Source of the DNA: an uncultured Nitrososphaeraceae archaeon
GTDB taxonomy: Archaea > Thermoproteota > Nitrososphaeria > Nitrososphaerales > Nitrososphaeraceae
Length of the DNA: 64,000 nt
Assembly: GCA_963779615.1 (NCBI GenBank)
Contig: CAVZZA010000003.1
Span: forward strand, 512,001 to 576,000
Direction: 5' to 3'
Below are positions 45,727 to 56,890 of the stretch, piece by piece. Both the position numbers and the translations under genes were made by a program. Every line of letters starts with the position of its first letter. Position 1 is the first letter of the stretch. A model generated the notes under the pieces. That model was given only the letters and a program-made list of their open reading frames with translations, did no database searches and was not told where the DNA came from.

Positions 45727-47088
45727 ATGGCGAATATAATGAACTTTAGACCATATTATATGAGTACAAGAAAAAAATTGAGTCCCCCAGCCAATATTGC
45801 AGATTTCAATCCAGATTCACCTCTTTCAGAGAAATGGAGTGATAAGCTTTCAACACAATTCAGATCCGAAATTGAAACTATAACAAAAGAACAAAATGTT
45901 ACATCCAGTCAAATAAATTTTTTTAATCCACTGGTACCACCAGAAGGCCAAATTGGTGTATCTCATATAACATGGGGCGGTTTTCCCAATGTCTTAACAG
46001 CAGGACATGGAAGACAAGAAGCATTACGAATAGCAGATAGATTAGAATCTTTTACCGAAGTCCAGGATTCTGACGGAAATAAACTAACATTTAATTTTAG
46101 ACCCCAAGACGAATACCTTGAATGGGTTATAAAAAGGGATGAGCCAACAGGTAAAATAAAGGAAATTGTCTTCACATGTGAAGGACCAGAATATTGGGAA
46201 AACTTGTCTGTTGATTCTGAACTGCTCTTGAGTCTGTACCGAAAGTATGCAGGGCCAGAAGTAAAATTAGGTGATTTACAACATACACAAGATTTATACC
46301 CACTCAAAAGGGATGAGAGTTTAGAGCCGGTTATTAAAAAAGGGGACTATAACAGATGGAACAAATGGAATATATCTTCCGCAATACACCTTACTCATCC
46401 AAGTAACACTTTATTTGCCGAAATTAATTTGGCTGCACGCAGCACAATTTTAAGAAAAAGAGGAGAGACACCCATTACTGATGCCCATGATCTTATTTGT
46501 TGTTCGGGCTATGGAGCTCCGAACAGGGACAGCGACCCAACAATAGGATCTGGTGCAAATTTGGCAGTAAGAGATAGAAATTGGGTAAGCTTACACGATC
46601 CTGTTGGAATATATATAGATGGCATTGATCCATCGCAATTTACAAAACCCGATGGCTCGGCAATACTTGATTTTGCTAACAAGTATTGGAACATAATAAG
46701 GTCAAGTGACGACGGTAAAATGATTCTAAGAGCAAGTGTTAAGGTACCGGATAACGAGATGTTTGACGGTAAACCGTTATTGTTGGGAGACCTTTTGGTC
46801 AATGGAGAGGCTTTACAATATGGCGGGCAAGTGACAGATGCAATCACTGTTGGATTGTATGCTGACATAATACCAAATGGCCCAAAAGCGGTTGCTTTTG
46901 ACTGTCCTAATAAATGCTGCACCAACCCAGACAACCCAGACATAGACGAAGTCGTTCCAATAAATGAAGACTGCAAAACAGAAACTCAAGCATTGTCTCT
47001 TGGTGAAGCGGGAAGAAGTAATCGCTTAACACTTATGGATAAAGGTTATTCGCGAGGAACTGGAGTAAAATACAATGACGCAGTCTGA
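45727..47088 (+). CDS. uncharacterised protein coupled to the DyP peroxidase
   Basis: Long intact ORF (RPQDEYLEW, FTCEGPEYW, YNRWNKWN, HLTHPSNTL); overlaps the DyP start. Confidence 0.8.
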   Translation: MANIMNFRPYYMSTRKKLSPPANIADFNPDSPLSEKWSDKLSTQFRSEIETITKEQNVTSSQINFFNPLVPPEGQIGVSHITWGGFPNVLTAGHGRQEALRIADRLESFTEVQDSDGNKLTFNFRPQDEYLEWVIKRDEPTGKIKEIVFTCEGPEYWENLSVDSELLLSLYRKYAGPEVKLGDLQHTQDLYPLKRDESLEPVIKKGDYNRWNKWNISSAIHLTHPSNTLFAEINLAARSTILRKRGETPITDAHDLICCSGYGAPNRDSDPTIGSGANLAVRDRNWVSLHDPVGIYIDGIDPSQFTKPDGSAILDFANKYWNIIRSSDDGKMILRASVKVPDNEMFDGKPLLLGDLLVNGEALQYGGQVTDAITVGLYADIIPNGPKAVAFDCPNKCCTNPDNPDIDEVVPINEDCKTETQALSLGEAGRSNRLTLMDKGYSRGTGVKYNDAV

Positions 47089-48697
47089 CTTTGATCTTTT
47101 AGAACCTGTACTGGATGTCACCGACATTCAAGGAAACATAATACCTGGTTTTAAGAAAGATCACCGCACTTTACTAGGATTTACCTTTAATAACTCCAAT
47201 GAGGCAAAAAAGTGGGTTAAATTATTATCATCACATATTTCCACATTGTACAAAGTTCTCAATGTCAATAGAACATATAAATCTGAAAAAAAACGCTTGG
47301 GCGCTGAGCCAACCGACCTAACGGCCACATGGACAAATATTGCCTTTTCATATCCAGGGATAAGAAAATTAGTAAACGACATGGAAGAAATAGAACTGGA
47401 TTATGCCTTTGATAACACGTTTAAAAACGGCTTACCGAAATCATCCATTGGATTAGGGGATTCAACCGATCCAAACGCGGAAGGCAACATTTCCAATTGG
47501 GTGATAGGGATACCCGATAGAGAAGGAGAATCAGATGGCATACCGGACGTTATTTTGATTATAGATAGTGATACTCCTGAAGCTATGGAATCAAAGGTAC
47601 ATTTTATTGAAGGTTTGTCTCCCAGCTATGAAACAAAATTGCATTACAAAGAGGTAGGGCATGATTTGTCATACTACGGTAACGAGCATCTAAGAGGACA
47701 CGAACATTTTGGTTTTAAGGATGGTATTTCGCAGCCGGCTGTAAGAGGCAGATCTTCATCTAGCCCAACTGATTTTTTGACTGCAAGGTCTGCTGATGCA
47801 ACAGATGATCCTAATTCTCCGGAATTCAGCTCTGATGGCAATCCACTTGTAGCAGCCGGTGAATTCGTTATAGGCTATCCAGTTCAAAATTTAAACTATC
47901 CAAGAAGGGTTAATCCAGTAAATCAACCTCACAAACTTTTAAGAAATGGCTCTTATTTGGTTTACCGAAGACTTAAGCAAGATGTGGTGGGTTTTGAGAT
48001 TTTTGCCAATAGAGAAAGCCAAAGAATATCCACTTCATCTGGATTTCCCACCATTAGCCCTCTAAAGTTTAAAAGTCTCATTGTGGGTAGATGGCCTAGT
48101 GGCGCACCGGTCAGTAAATCCCCTGACCAAGACAGTCTTGAATTGGCCACAAGTAATCATAACAACACATTTGGTTATGCAGACGATCCTAATGGTTATA
48201 AAACACCCGTATTTAGCCACATAAGGAAGATAAATCCGAGAGATTTATCAACAGATGATGGTCCACCATCACAAACATTAAAAAGACGGATTCTTAGACG
48301 AGGGATACCATTTGGTCCCCCTTTAGAGATTGGAAAACCAGATACAGTTAATGGGGATAGAGGATTGTTATTTTTATCGTATCAGACATCCATTAGAGAA
48401 CAATTTGAATTTATAGTGAGAAGATGGGCAAATAGCACAGTTAATCCGTCTAATGGTTCCAGCCCAGGGGTTCACCAGGGTGGATTAGATCTTGTCATTG
48501 GCCAAAAATCAGAGACAGGAACATCAGGTAATCGCGTTCGTAGTAACTATTTGCGTGGCAAAGTGAACGATGAAACTATAGAGGTAAAAACAACTACAGA
48601 AGGTTTAAGCATGCTAGATTGGGTCATACCGACTGGAGGTGGATATTTCTTTTCTCCCTCAATCAGATCACTAACAGACATTCTAGGTGCGACATAA
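47075..48697 (+). CDS. Dyp-type (dye-decolorizing) heme peroxidase
   Basis: DIQGNI, HEHFGFKDGISQP (GxxDG), NGSYLVYRRL, SHIRKINPR (proximal His), ILRRGIPFG, GGGYFFSPS. Confidence 0.93.
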   Translation: MTQSDFDLLEPVLDVTDIQGNIIPGFKKDHRTLLGFTFNNSNEAKKWVKLLSSHISTLYKVLNVNRTYKSEKKRLGAEPTDLTATWTNIAFSYPGIRKLVNDMEEIELDYAFDNTFKNGLPKSSIGLGDSTDPNAEGNISNWVIGIPDREGESDGIPDVILIIDSDTPEAMESKVHFIEGLSPSYETKLHYKEVGHDLSYYGNEHLRGHEHFGFKDGISQPAVRGRSSSSPTDFLTARSADATDDPNSPEFSSDGNPLVAAGEFVIGYPVQNLNYPRRVNPVNQPHKLLRNGSYLVYRRLKQDVVGFEIFANRESQRISTSSGFPTISPLKFKSLIVGRWPSGAPVSKSPDQDSLELATSNHNNTFGYADDPNGYKTPVFSHIRKINPRDLSTDDGPPSQTLKRRILRRGIPFGPPLEIGKPDTVNGDRGLLFLSYQTSIREQFEFIVRRWANSTVNPSNGSSPGVHQGGLDLVIGQKSETGTSGNRVRSNYLRGKVNDETIEVKTTTEGLSMLDWVIPTGGGYFFSPSIRSLTDILGAT

Positions 48698-48857
48698 TCG
48701 ATGTGTTATAACAGTTGTTTTGGATTTGCTTTATCATAACAAACGCTCAAACTACTTGCCATTTATAGGAATTTTAATCTTTTTTCAATTTACACAAAAA
48801 TAACTCACAGCAATGAAAACCGAATCACAATAGAACTTCTATGCCACATGGAATTCA

Positions 48858-49050
48858 ATCCCGCTCAGTCCATCGAACAGCATTCAGCAGATGTGCCCGC
48901 GTGTTTTTGTGCTCATTTTTGTAAAATAGGTGACCATCAAAGCAGATAATTTTGGATTGAAAATAGCAAAAAAGTTGACTATATGGTTGACCATCAAAAC
49001 ATGAAATTATAATTGTTGGTCAACTGTTAGTTGTTAATGGCCAACCATCA
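48858..49050 (+). repeat. att core plus family-B arm (copy B2)
   Basis: atcccgctcagtccatcgaaca, then boxes at 48929, 48974 and 48986, plus inverted/variant boxes at about 49016 and 49037; shares gcaaaaaagttgactatatggttgaccatca with B1. Confidence 0.92.
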
Positions 49051-49253
49051 ACTTATGATACTAACAATCCCCTTGCCTAAACAATTGGCTACCTTGCTGC
49101 AGATTTAAATAATTTCAGCTCAGAAATTTTTTATGCCACTGCACCTCCAAAAGAACCACAATTTCCTTTTCAGGGCCCGCACATATAAATTTGACCGAAT
49201 TTTTGACCGCTTTGACTGTTATATTGAACAATATGACCACAGTTAAATGCTAG

Positions 49254-51243
49254 TTGTCATATACTAATAATATAATAATGTCAGGCCTAAAACAAACGAC
49301 TGAGTCGCTAGTGATACAGGGCTTCCTAAACGGCAAGTCGATGGACCAAATAGTCTCAGAAACCAATGTCTCAAAAGGCAAGGTGCATTACTTGATAAAT
49401 GACTGGAAAAATGAAATTGGGTTACCCTACATTGACGAGCTGAGGGAGTTTTCGGTCATAGTCAGGAAATCCGGGATATCGATTGGGCAATGCGCCCAGG
49501 GATTTAGGATGATAAGCATACTGAAAAACCTTGGCACACATGAAGGCGATGATAACGACGGTACAGACAACAAATATGAGGGCAACTACAACGAGTTCTC
49601 CTCCTTTATAGATGACATCTACAAAAACTGCAAAAGGGAAGGCGTTACGCCCTCAATCATACCAGTATGGGTTAAGGACCTGTTTGATTTTTACAATTCC
49701 ACCATCAAAGATCAAAAAGAATCATTTTTTCCCATGAATGAAGGACCTGATGGTGGTTTTGACAACAATATGGACAATAACAAAGATAGCAATGCGCGAC
49801 CGAAATCAATTGCAAAAAGATTTGACGAATCTATCTCCAGCCATCCGCATCAAGAGAACAGTCCAAGTTTCAGATCTCAACAAGAATACGATGATGTTGC
49901 TGGTGATGGTGGCGATCCCGATTCCTTCACACATACAAAGGAAAATTTAACAAATTCCAGCCTTAAACAAAACCCCCTCGCCCATACTCCAAATGATGAA
50001 ATCGAGATACCATTCGTTTCCCAAATATCCCTCTACATTCACCAAAAGAAAAGAGAATATTCAAAAGTTGAAAACCATAGAAAAAAGGCTAAAGCGGAAG
50101 TGGAAGACCTCGATTTCCAAAAGACGCTGTTGAAAAAGGTGCTTGACGGGTTAGTCAAAGAAAAAAAGGGCATGGTGTCCTATTTCCAAACATTTTTAGA
50201 ACTAAAAAAAGTGTTACTTGACAAATATGACATTGACATAGAAGAGGCGATAAAAGAGGTTGCCAGGATAATCCATGACTTTAAAGAGAACGGTTATGAT
50301 GCTGCCAGGATAATAGAGGAATATGAAAGAATCAAAATCCCTCAAGTGGCTGATAAGCGAAAATGAAGAAAGGGTCAAAGAAATTCAGGAACAAAGAAAT
50401 TACCTGCTCAGAGAGGTTTCATCCCTAGACTCGCAAGCAAGCATGCACAAGCAAACCATGAGTGTGTATTGGGAACTGGAGGCAATGGGATTTGGGCTTC
50501 CAGAGATAAAACAGATATGGAACACAATTTTGGAGATTGCCGGAACCAGAAAGGATTCAATATCACCACAAGAGGCAGTATCCCTATTCATAAGGGACAT
50601 TGAAGAGAACTACCACGACAAATTTTTACTGGAAGACAAGGTCAAAGAAAAAAGAAATGAGCTTTCTCAGATAAAGCAAGAACTGAACAACAGCAGACTG
50701 GCACTGCAGTTAACGCCATTTGTAGGCACAACCTTGCATTATCTCTTTCAACACGGAATAAGCGAAGGTGACATCATAAGCATCAGCCAATTGGTGACAG
50801 AATCTGCAAACGGCAAGTTACAGTTTGATCCTCAAGACGAGGACAGCAAAACCGTAAATGTCAGTAACAGCAATAACAATAACAATGGCAGTAACAGATC
50901 AGAACACTGGAAATCATTTTTGGGGAATTTGAGAAAATTAGGGGACATAAACTCTTTGATAAAGGAACAACAGGGAACACTGGAACTAATAAGGAAAGAA
51001 ATTGGTGATTTAGACAAGCAAAAACAGGATCTTTCTGCCCACTGCCAAAACGCAGTTTCTTTTATAGGTTTAATGGCCAAACAGATCCACCACTTTAACT
51101 GGTTAGTCGATCATTACTATAATACCACAACCAAAAAGATCAGGGCATCATCTCCCACATTATCCCCATTGCTCATAAATTTGGTATATCTTAATTTGGA
51201 CAACCCGCATAAATCCGACAAGGAGGCAGACGGGGATAAATAG
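49254..51243 (+). CDS. N-terminal HTH plus long coiled-coil protein (frameshift near 50335)
   Basis: GKSMDQIVSETNVSKGKVHYLINDW is HTH-like; heptad-rich segments run across two overlapping ORFs. Confidence 0.7.
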
Positions 51244-51928
51244 TCTTTTGTTATATGACACACATATGCACATTGTCAACTCTGCTGGCATGCACTACCT
51301 TCGGTTGTCTGGATTTTAGTTTGTTACCATCTTTGTTTCTCGATGCCTAATCGTGTCATTGTTTACAGGTAGCCTATCGAAAAACCTCGAGTGGACCGAG
51401 AATGGCTTGCGGGCTCTACGCTGTTTGGTAGGCATAGGAGAGAAAGGGAATTTTAACCATTGAATCCACTCTGGCAATCACTACAAAGAATATGAAAAAG
51501 TGTCCGAAGGTATTGGTGTGATAGGAACCACAATACCTTACCTCAAGAGTTTAAAATCCAATTAATGGCAAAACATCAAGTATGCAATTACAGGTTTTTT
51601 ACGGTCTTGCCGGATCCACAACTGGTCCTGAATCTATCTCTGTTGAACTCTTGACACAGACGCCTGGACTCATTTGCTGCTAGAGGTTGCTGCTGCCACG
51701 CTTTCAGCGTCATGTGCATTGTTGTTCTCGCTGCTAGTGTTATCATTGACCTTCCATCCATACCTCTCGTATTCGCATAAAAACTCCCGACTCTTTCCAT
51801 AGATCTTTGGACAATGAATGATTGCCCACATCTTCGCAAATTATGTCTCTGCATGTTGAGCTGGTAGGAATGTGCTGTTGCAAGTCTAATCAAACGTTGA
51901 GGATTCTCTGAACATATTCTTTGACCCC

Positions 51929-52219
51929 TTAAAATTTATGGAAATCCGCCCTTTTCATCTTTGAGCCACATTTTGGACAGGCAATTTCATTATGTCTTGT
52001 TTCACAACTAATACAAGAGTAACTGCTTGAATTACGAAACACTGTATTCATTCTTTTAATAACTTTTTTTCTGAGATGAAAGTTTAACAGAATGAAGGCT
52101 GCTATCGCTAGTGGTATAGACAGAGGAAAAGGGGTATAAAACAAAATAGCGAAGACAACACCAAGGGAAATGCCTATCCACAACAACGGTCCGAAAAGGT
52201 ACTGCTCATTAGTATTCAT
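51929..52219 (-). CDS. small membrane protein with C-terminal zinc ribbon
   Basis: Two TM helices, then CISC...CPKCG. Confidence 0.75.
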   Translation of the reverse strand: MNTNEQYLFGPLLWIGISLGVVFAILFYTPFPLSIPLAIAAFILLNFHLRKKVIKRMNTVFRNSSSYSCISCETRHNEIACPKCGSKMKRADFHKF

Positions 52220-52382
52220 AGGGTATGCTTTCTTAGAACCATAACAACTATTATTGCATTTTCATTCTTATTTTATTGTCTGACCTGTGGTATTTTATAT
52301 TCATATATATGAAGGTGACGGACCACCACCTCGATGCTGAATCCCTTTGACATCCCTAAAGCGTAATCCATCCAAGCAATAG

Positions 52383-52760
52383 CTATGACAGAGATTGGCT
52401 CGTCATTCTTTTATCATATGCCTCGATTATCTTTTGTAAACCATGTTCTTCTTCCTTTGCTGCATCGATAAATTCATCCAAAATGCCATATTCTTTCACG
52501 GTACTGACCTTATCAAAGAAATCCTGGTTATGTGATCTCTCAAGTTCCAGAATATCAGAAGGACATGATTCGTTATATGCAGACTTGATTAGATTTTTTT
52601 GAATCAGTAATCTGTTATAGCGACTGGCCGCAAAATAGCGTCTAAAGAGATTTAACCTCTCCCCCTTGCCAAGTCTCTCAAGTTCTCCCTTATCAGGGAA
52701 TTTAAAATCAATCACCTTATTGATCAACCATACGCAAATCGCACACAGATGTAAACACAC
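52383..52760 (-). CDS. hypothetical helical protein (start probably near IDFKFP)
   Basis: Protein-like ORF, no family recognised. Confidence 0.6.
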   Translation of the reverse strand: MCLHLCAICVWLINKVIDFKFPDKGELERLGKGERLNLFRRYFAASRYNRLLIQKNLIKSAYNESCPSDILELERSHNQDFFDKVSTVKEYGILDEFIDAAKEEEHGLQKIIEAYDKRMTSQSLS

Positions 52761-53052
52761 TTATCACAAACCATGAATTGCAATGCAGAATCCGGCCCAA
52801 TATCCAACGTTAAAGAAAACCTTTAAAGCTTGGACACATTCTATCATTAGCAGGAAACTGCTTTTATTACCGATATGGTAACCAAGCCCACCGAATCCGC
52901 TACCTATTTATAGTAAAGACATAAGCAATAACCATAATTTCTCAAGTATCAAAAGTTGAGGCACATCAATGAATTTTCAACATGTCAGTGAATGTCGTTC
53001 CTACAATAATTTGAGGTTAGCCAGAGGAATTTTCTTCGCACCATACTTTAAA

Positions 53053-53427
53053 TCAGCCACGCGGAGGCAATTCCTGAAGGGTCCAAGAGTTGCCATCCGG
53101 ATCATTAAAACGAACTAACCTGCCCCAAACTTGTTGGTCAACATCAGTAACATTCACTCCGCGCTTTTTAAGTTCATCATGAGCGGCCTGTGCATCCTTG
53201 ACTACCATTTGTAAACCCTTAACGCTTCCAGGTTTCATGTTGTCGGCGATACCAATCCCGAAACAAATTGAACAGCCAGAACCTGGAGGTGTCATTTGAA
53301 CAAAACGTATCTTCTCGTTCACGGCATGATCATGGTCTAAACTAAAACCTACTTTATCTCTATAAAAGTCAAGTGCACGATCCACATCTACTACTGGAAT
53401 TGCAACCTATTCAAGTTTCATTTCCAT
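53053..53427 (-). pseudogene. VOC/glyoxalase family protein with an in-frame TAG at codon 7
   Basis: MEMKLE*VAIPVVDVDRALDFY...FNDPDGNSW. Confidence 0.8.
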
Positions 53428-53601
53428 CAATAATCCACCCAACACTATATGTAAACGAGACAACACTCAAAGAATACTAATTGGACAGATGAGTTCCATG
53501 AATGAATATCCATGATTATCTATCATAAACCCATGAATAAAAAGATGCGGTAGTATTGATTGCTGAGGTGCATCCATCTTCATCGCATTTTGGGATTGTT
53601 G

Positions 53602-53676
53602 TGGCGGCGGCGGCGGCGGCGGAAGCGATGTCGGTGGCGGAAGCGATGTCGGTGGCGGAAGCGATGTCGGTGGCAG
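53602..53676. repeat. GC-rich (ggc)n run plus 18-bp repeat x3
   Basis: ggcggaagcgatgtcggt x3 in an AT-rich intergenic context. Confidence 0.85.
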
Positions 53677-53749
53677 CGACTAAGATATACATTAATTACT
53701 TCAAATCAACAACAATTTTTTGTAATATCCATAATTATAAAATTTAGAT

Positions 53750-54338
53750 ATGATAACATATGTCTTTAAATGTTTCAAGAAAGTACAATACGTAACGCCA
53801 CAATAAGGTGGTTCATAATGAGATGGCCATAGTTTATGACGATAGAACCGATTGGGTTTCAGGCAAAAGCATAACAACAGACAGGGAAGCAGCACAATTA
53901 TACAACGCCAACATCATGGATGCAGGCAAAGAGGGATGCAGATTCATCCCCAATGCCTTCAAAGCCAAAGATGTAGAGTCATCCACTGATGACGATAATG
54001 CCGATGAAGAGAAAATCCTAAAAATTTATGGCAAAATGCTGCCCTTAGTCGAGGAACTTGACAAACTACTGTTGGATGTAACCCCTGCAGAAAGAATAGA
54101 CACGGTTGCCAAAATAATCATTTCATCCCTGATGTTCTCAAACCCAATCAAGGCCATAAAGCATGCAATTGACTTTCAACACTCAATTAAAGGCATGAAA
54201 AAAGCTTCATATTTTGTGGCAGCATCAAATAAAATATCACCCGTTCAAGCTCAACAAATGTTAAGAACAGCTATTTTGAATGCACCCTACTTTAAAAAAA
54301 AACTAAACTACAGTATCAACGACAACAGCAACAACTAA
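53750..54338 (+). pseudogene. paralog of the C2H2 zinc-finger protein 38837-39409 with a broken N-terminus
   Basis: SRKYNT*RHNKVVH aligns with GRKYNAERHNERMH; KIYGKMLPLVEELDKLL with RVFGQLNPHFEELEKLL; NAPYFKKKLN with NSAYFKRNIN. Confidence 0.7.
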
Positions 54339-54707
54339 GTTAAAAAGAATAGACCAGCCCATTCAATGAAAAAATCGGCTCATTCGGAATCTTGCGTTCA
54401 AAACGCATAGTGAAAGAAACAAAAACCACTTCAAATACACAAAGAACTGATTTTATTAAGATAAAGTTTATATCGTTTTCTAATTTTAGAAACTCATCAA
54501 ACTTGTAATTTAATATAAAATCCGCTATTTCAATAGCATTTTTAGGGTAAAGTTTTACAATTAGGGAACACATAGAATAAGGCATTTCATGAATATCAAC
54601 AAATTGCCTTATTATTGATGCTGGGATTACTTTTTATGAAAATGCATATCAATAAACACATGTACCAACTATGGCAATAAATATAAAAAAATGATTGATT
54701 ATACTGG

Positions 54708-55858
54708 TCACTCATTTCTCCAATTCATGGTCACAAACCCTATAGCGCCGTTATCATTAACCATCTGTTCGTTTATGCCGCTTCTATAACCCAGATATCC
54801 AAAATGATTGTCGCCTATGAATGCAATTGTGCATGACTCGTGACCTAAAAAGGTTATCCTTAAATCACATTTTCCATCCTTATCTGCATCAGCATCTGGT
54901 CTAATTTCACTGATAACATTGTGTTCTTCATAATTATCTGGTGTTCGTATAGAATCATCACCAACACAAGACGATGGATTGAAGATATTTTGTGGACCTC
55001 CCTTCACCCCACACCATCCAAGAGCATCGTCTCCTTCAGTTTCCCTATATGAAAATTGTAACATGTTGTCTTCCGGATTATACAGGTTGTAAAATCTTTC
55101 TACTTCGGATTTTATCGCTATTCCGTTGCATGGTAATGGAGGTTTATTAATACTACAATCATCTGAATTCATAGAAACTTGCTCATTATCAATGGCTGCT
55201 CCCAAAAGATGAGTAGACGTTATTTTTTTTGAGAGGGCATTATCCCTTTCATTATCATTATCATATATCCATTGGATGGCGGATAAGGTTACTCTTGAAC
55301 CAAGAGAATGTGCAATTAGTCGTAATTTGTCATTTGGGCACATGTCTTTGAAATGCACAATAAATTTTCCCAGTATCGGACCGTTTCCATTACTATATTT
55401 TTTGCTATAGTCCATCCACCCTCAGATATAGATGCATCAACAAAAGAAAAAGCAGTATTAGAGTCCCAGCTAAACCCAATAAGAGGAATGTTATATCCAC
55501 TATCCTGCAAAGATAAGGACACTCTATCAGTTTGTTCTTTTGCTTGTTTCTCATCAGCCCAAACACCATGGACATAAATTGCCAATTCTCCAGGACAACT
55601 GTTACTATTTAAAATGGATAGCGCAGAAGGTAAATTTGCCTGGTGAATCATGCTTCCGTTGGTTTTATCAAACGATCCACGAGTGGTTGCAATAAATGGA
55701 TGTTGCTGTGCAAAGACTTTATCAATCGAAAAACTAACTACCAGTAATAATACTAGAGCGATGGATAACACAGAAACAATTGATAAGGATCTACATATTT
55801 TATACTTTTGTAAAGGCTTTATTCTATTTGAATAATTACGGCTATCGTTATTGTTCAT
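54708..55858 (-). CDS. secreted alpha/beta hydrolase (DUF900/DUF726-like), frameshift near 55390
   Basis: IYVHGVW, IGFSWDS, IAHSLG nucleophile elbow, LLGAAID and NLYNPEDNML. Confidence 0.8.
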
Positions 55859-56341
55859 ATTTGATTTCTATTCCATTAATATACATTCATTGTAGATAAT
55901 AAACCTTTAAAAAATGAAATTTTCATAGTAATGGTTAACAAGACACAAAATTACTGGCCTCTTTATATTAAATACAGTTAGATATAATTCCAAAACAATA
56001 TGTGGATTCCATTCATGCTGATGTAATGCCTAAATTCCACCATTAGATACAATCTTTGATTATACTACTAAACAGTAACTTGGAACTACGAATTAATTTT
56101 TTCTATAAATAACAAAATCTGCATAAAACAGATCAATTGTGTATTAAATTAGTTATGTGACAGAGCAGTATTCTAAATTGAATAAAATTGGTTTTTTTTA
56201 TACATGAGTTTTTGTTGTCCGGTATAGATCGTTAATGGCTTTATTATGGGTATGGAATATGTCTTGAGTGTTTTTGCAATAAATGGCATTTATTTCCAAG
56301 AAATAAAAAGTATAAATACATTCAAATAATCATAATTCACA

Positions 56342-56890
56342 ATGATAAATATTTATCCGATTATAATACTAGTTAGTGGAATCTTATTAGGAACATTTAG
56401 TGCGATGAACAATTCACCAAACGTCTTTGCACAGGGTACTCAAGCACCTAATGCAACAGAAACAACCATCAATTTTGGTTCTGATACTCCAGTCACTGTT
56501 TACCTGACTCAAGCAGGAGGATTCTGGGGGGGATACGAAAATACGATGTTTGATTCTAACTCCATGCAAAAAGTGACAATCGAATCTTCGAATTCACCCC
56601 CATTGTTTGAGAAAGTAAGTGAAAAAGTATATAATCAACTTGTAAACTATATAGCAAATACCACAAATTTCGAGTTTTTCTCTCTAGAATCATCTCCCTA
56701 TGAACCTTGCCCAGATTGCCAAAAAACCTTGTTAACTATATCTATGCCTACTCCCGGAGGAACAGTTAGTAACACTGTATATTACAATAATTACGATAGC
56801 AAGGAAGAAGTTCCAGTGCTTGTAAGGAATATTGTTGATCTTCTGAATTTAGAAAATTTTCCTCAAATTAACATTCCAAGTAACCAATAA
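56342..56890 (+). CDS. secreted hypothetical protein
   Basis: Signal peptide ending VFAQ; AGGFWG and CPDC motifs. Confidence 0.7.
   Translation: MINIYPIIILVSGILLGTFSAMNNSPNVFAQGTQAPNATETTINFGSDTPVTVYLTQAGGFWGGYENTMFDSNSMQKVTIESSNSPPLFEKVSEKVYNQLVNYIANTTNFEFFSLESSPYEPCPDCQKTLLTISMPTPGGTVSNTVYYNNYDSKEEVPVLVRNIVDLLNLENFPQINIPSNQ

Noticed and set aside
51588-51893. 101-aa minus-strand ORF as a gene
   Set aside because: No recognisable motif in any frame; probably debris.
53407-53409. In-frame TAG as pyrrolysine recoding
   Set aside because: No pyl genes are visible and neighbouring genes carry TAA stops and frameshifts, so decay or error is simpler.
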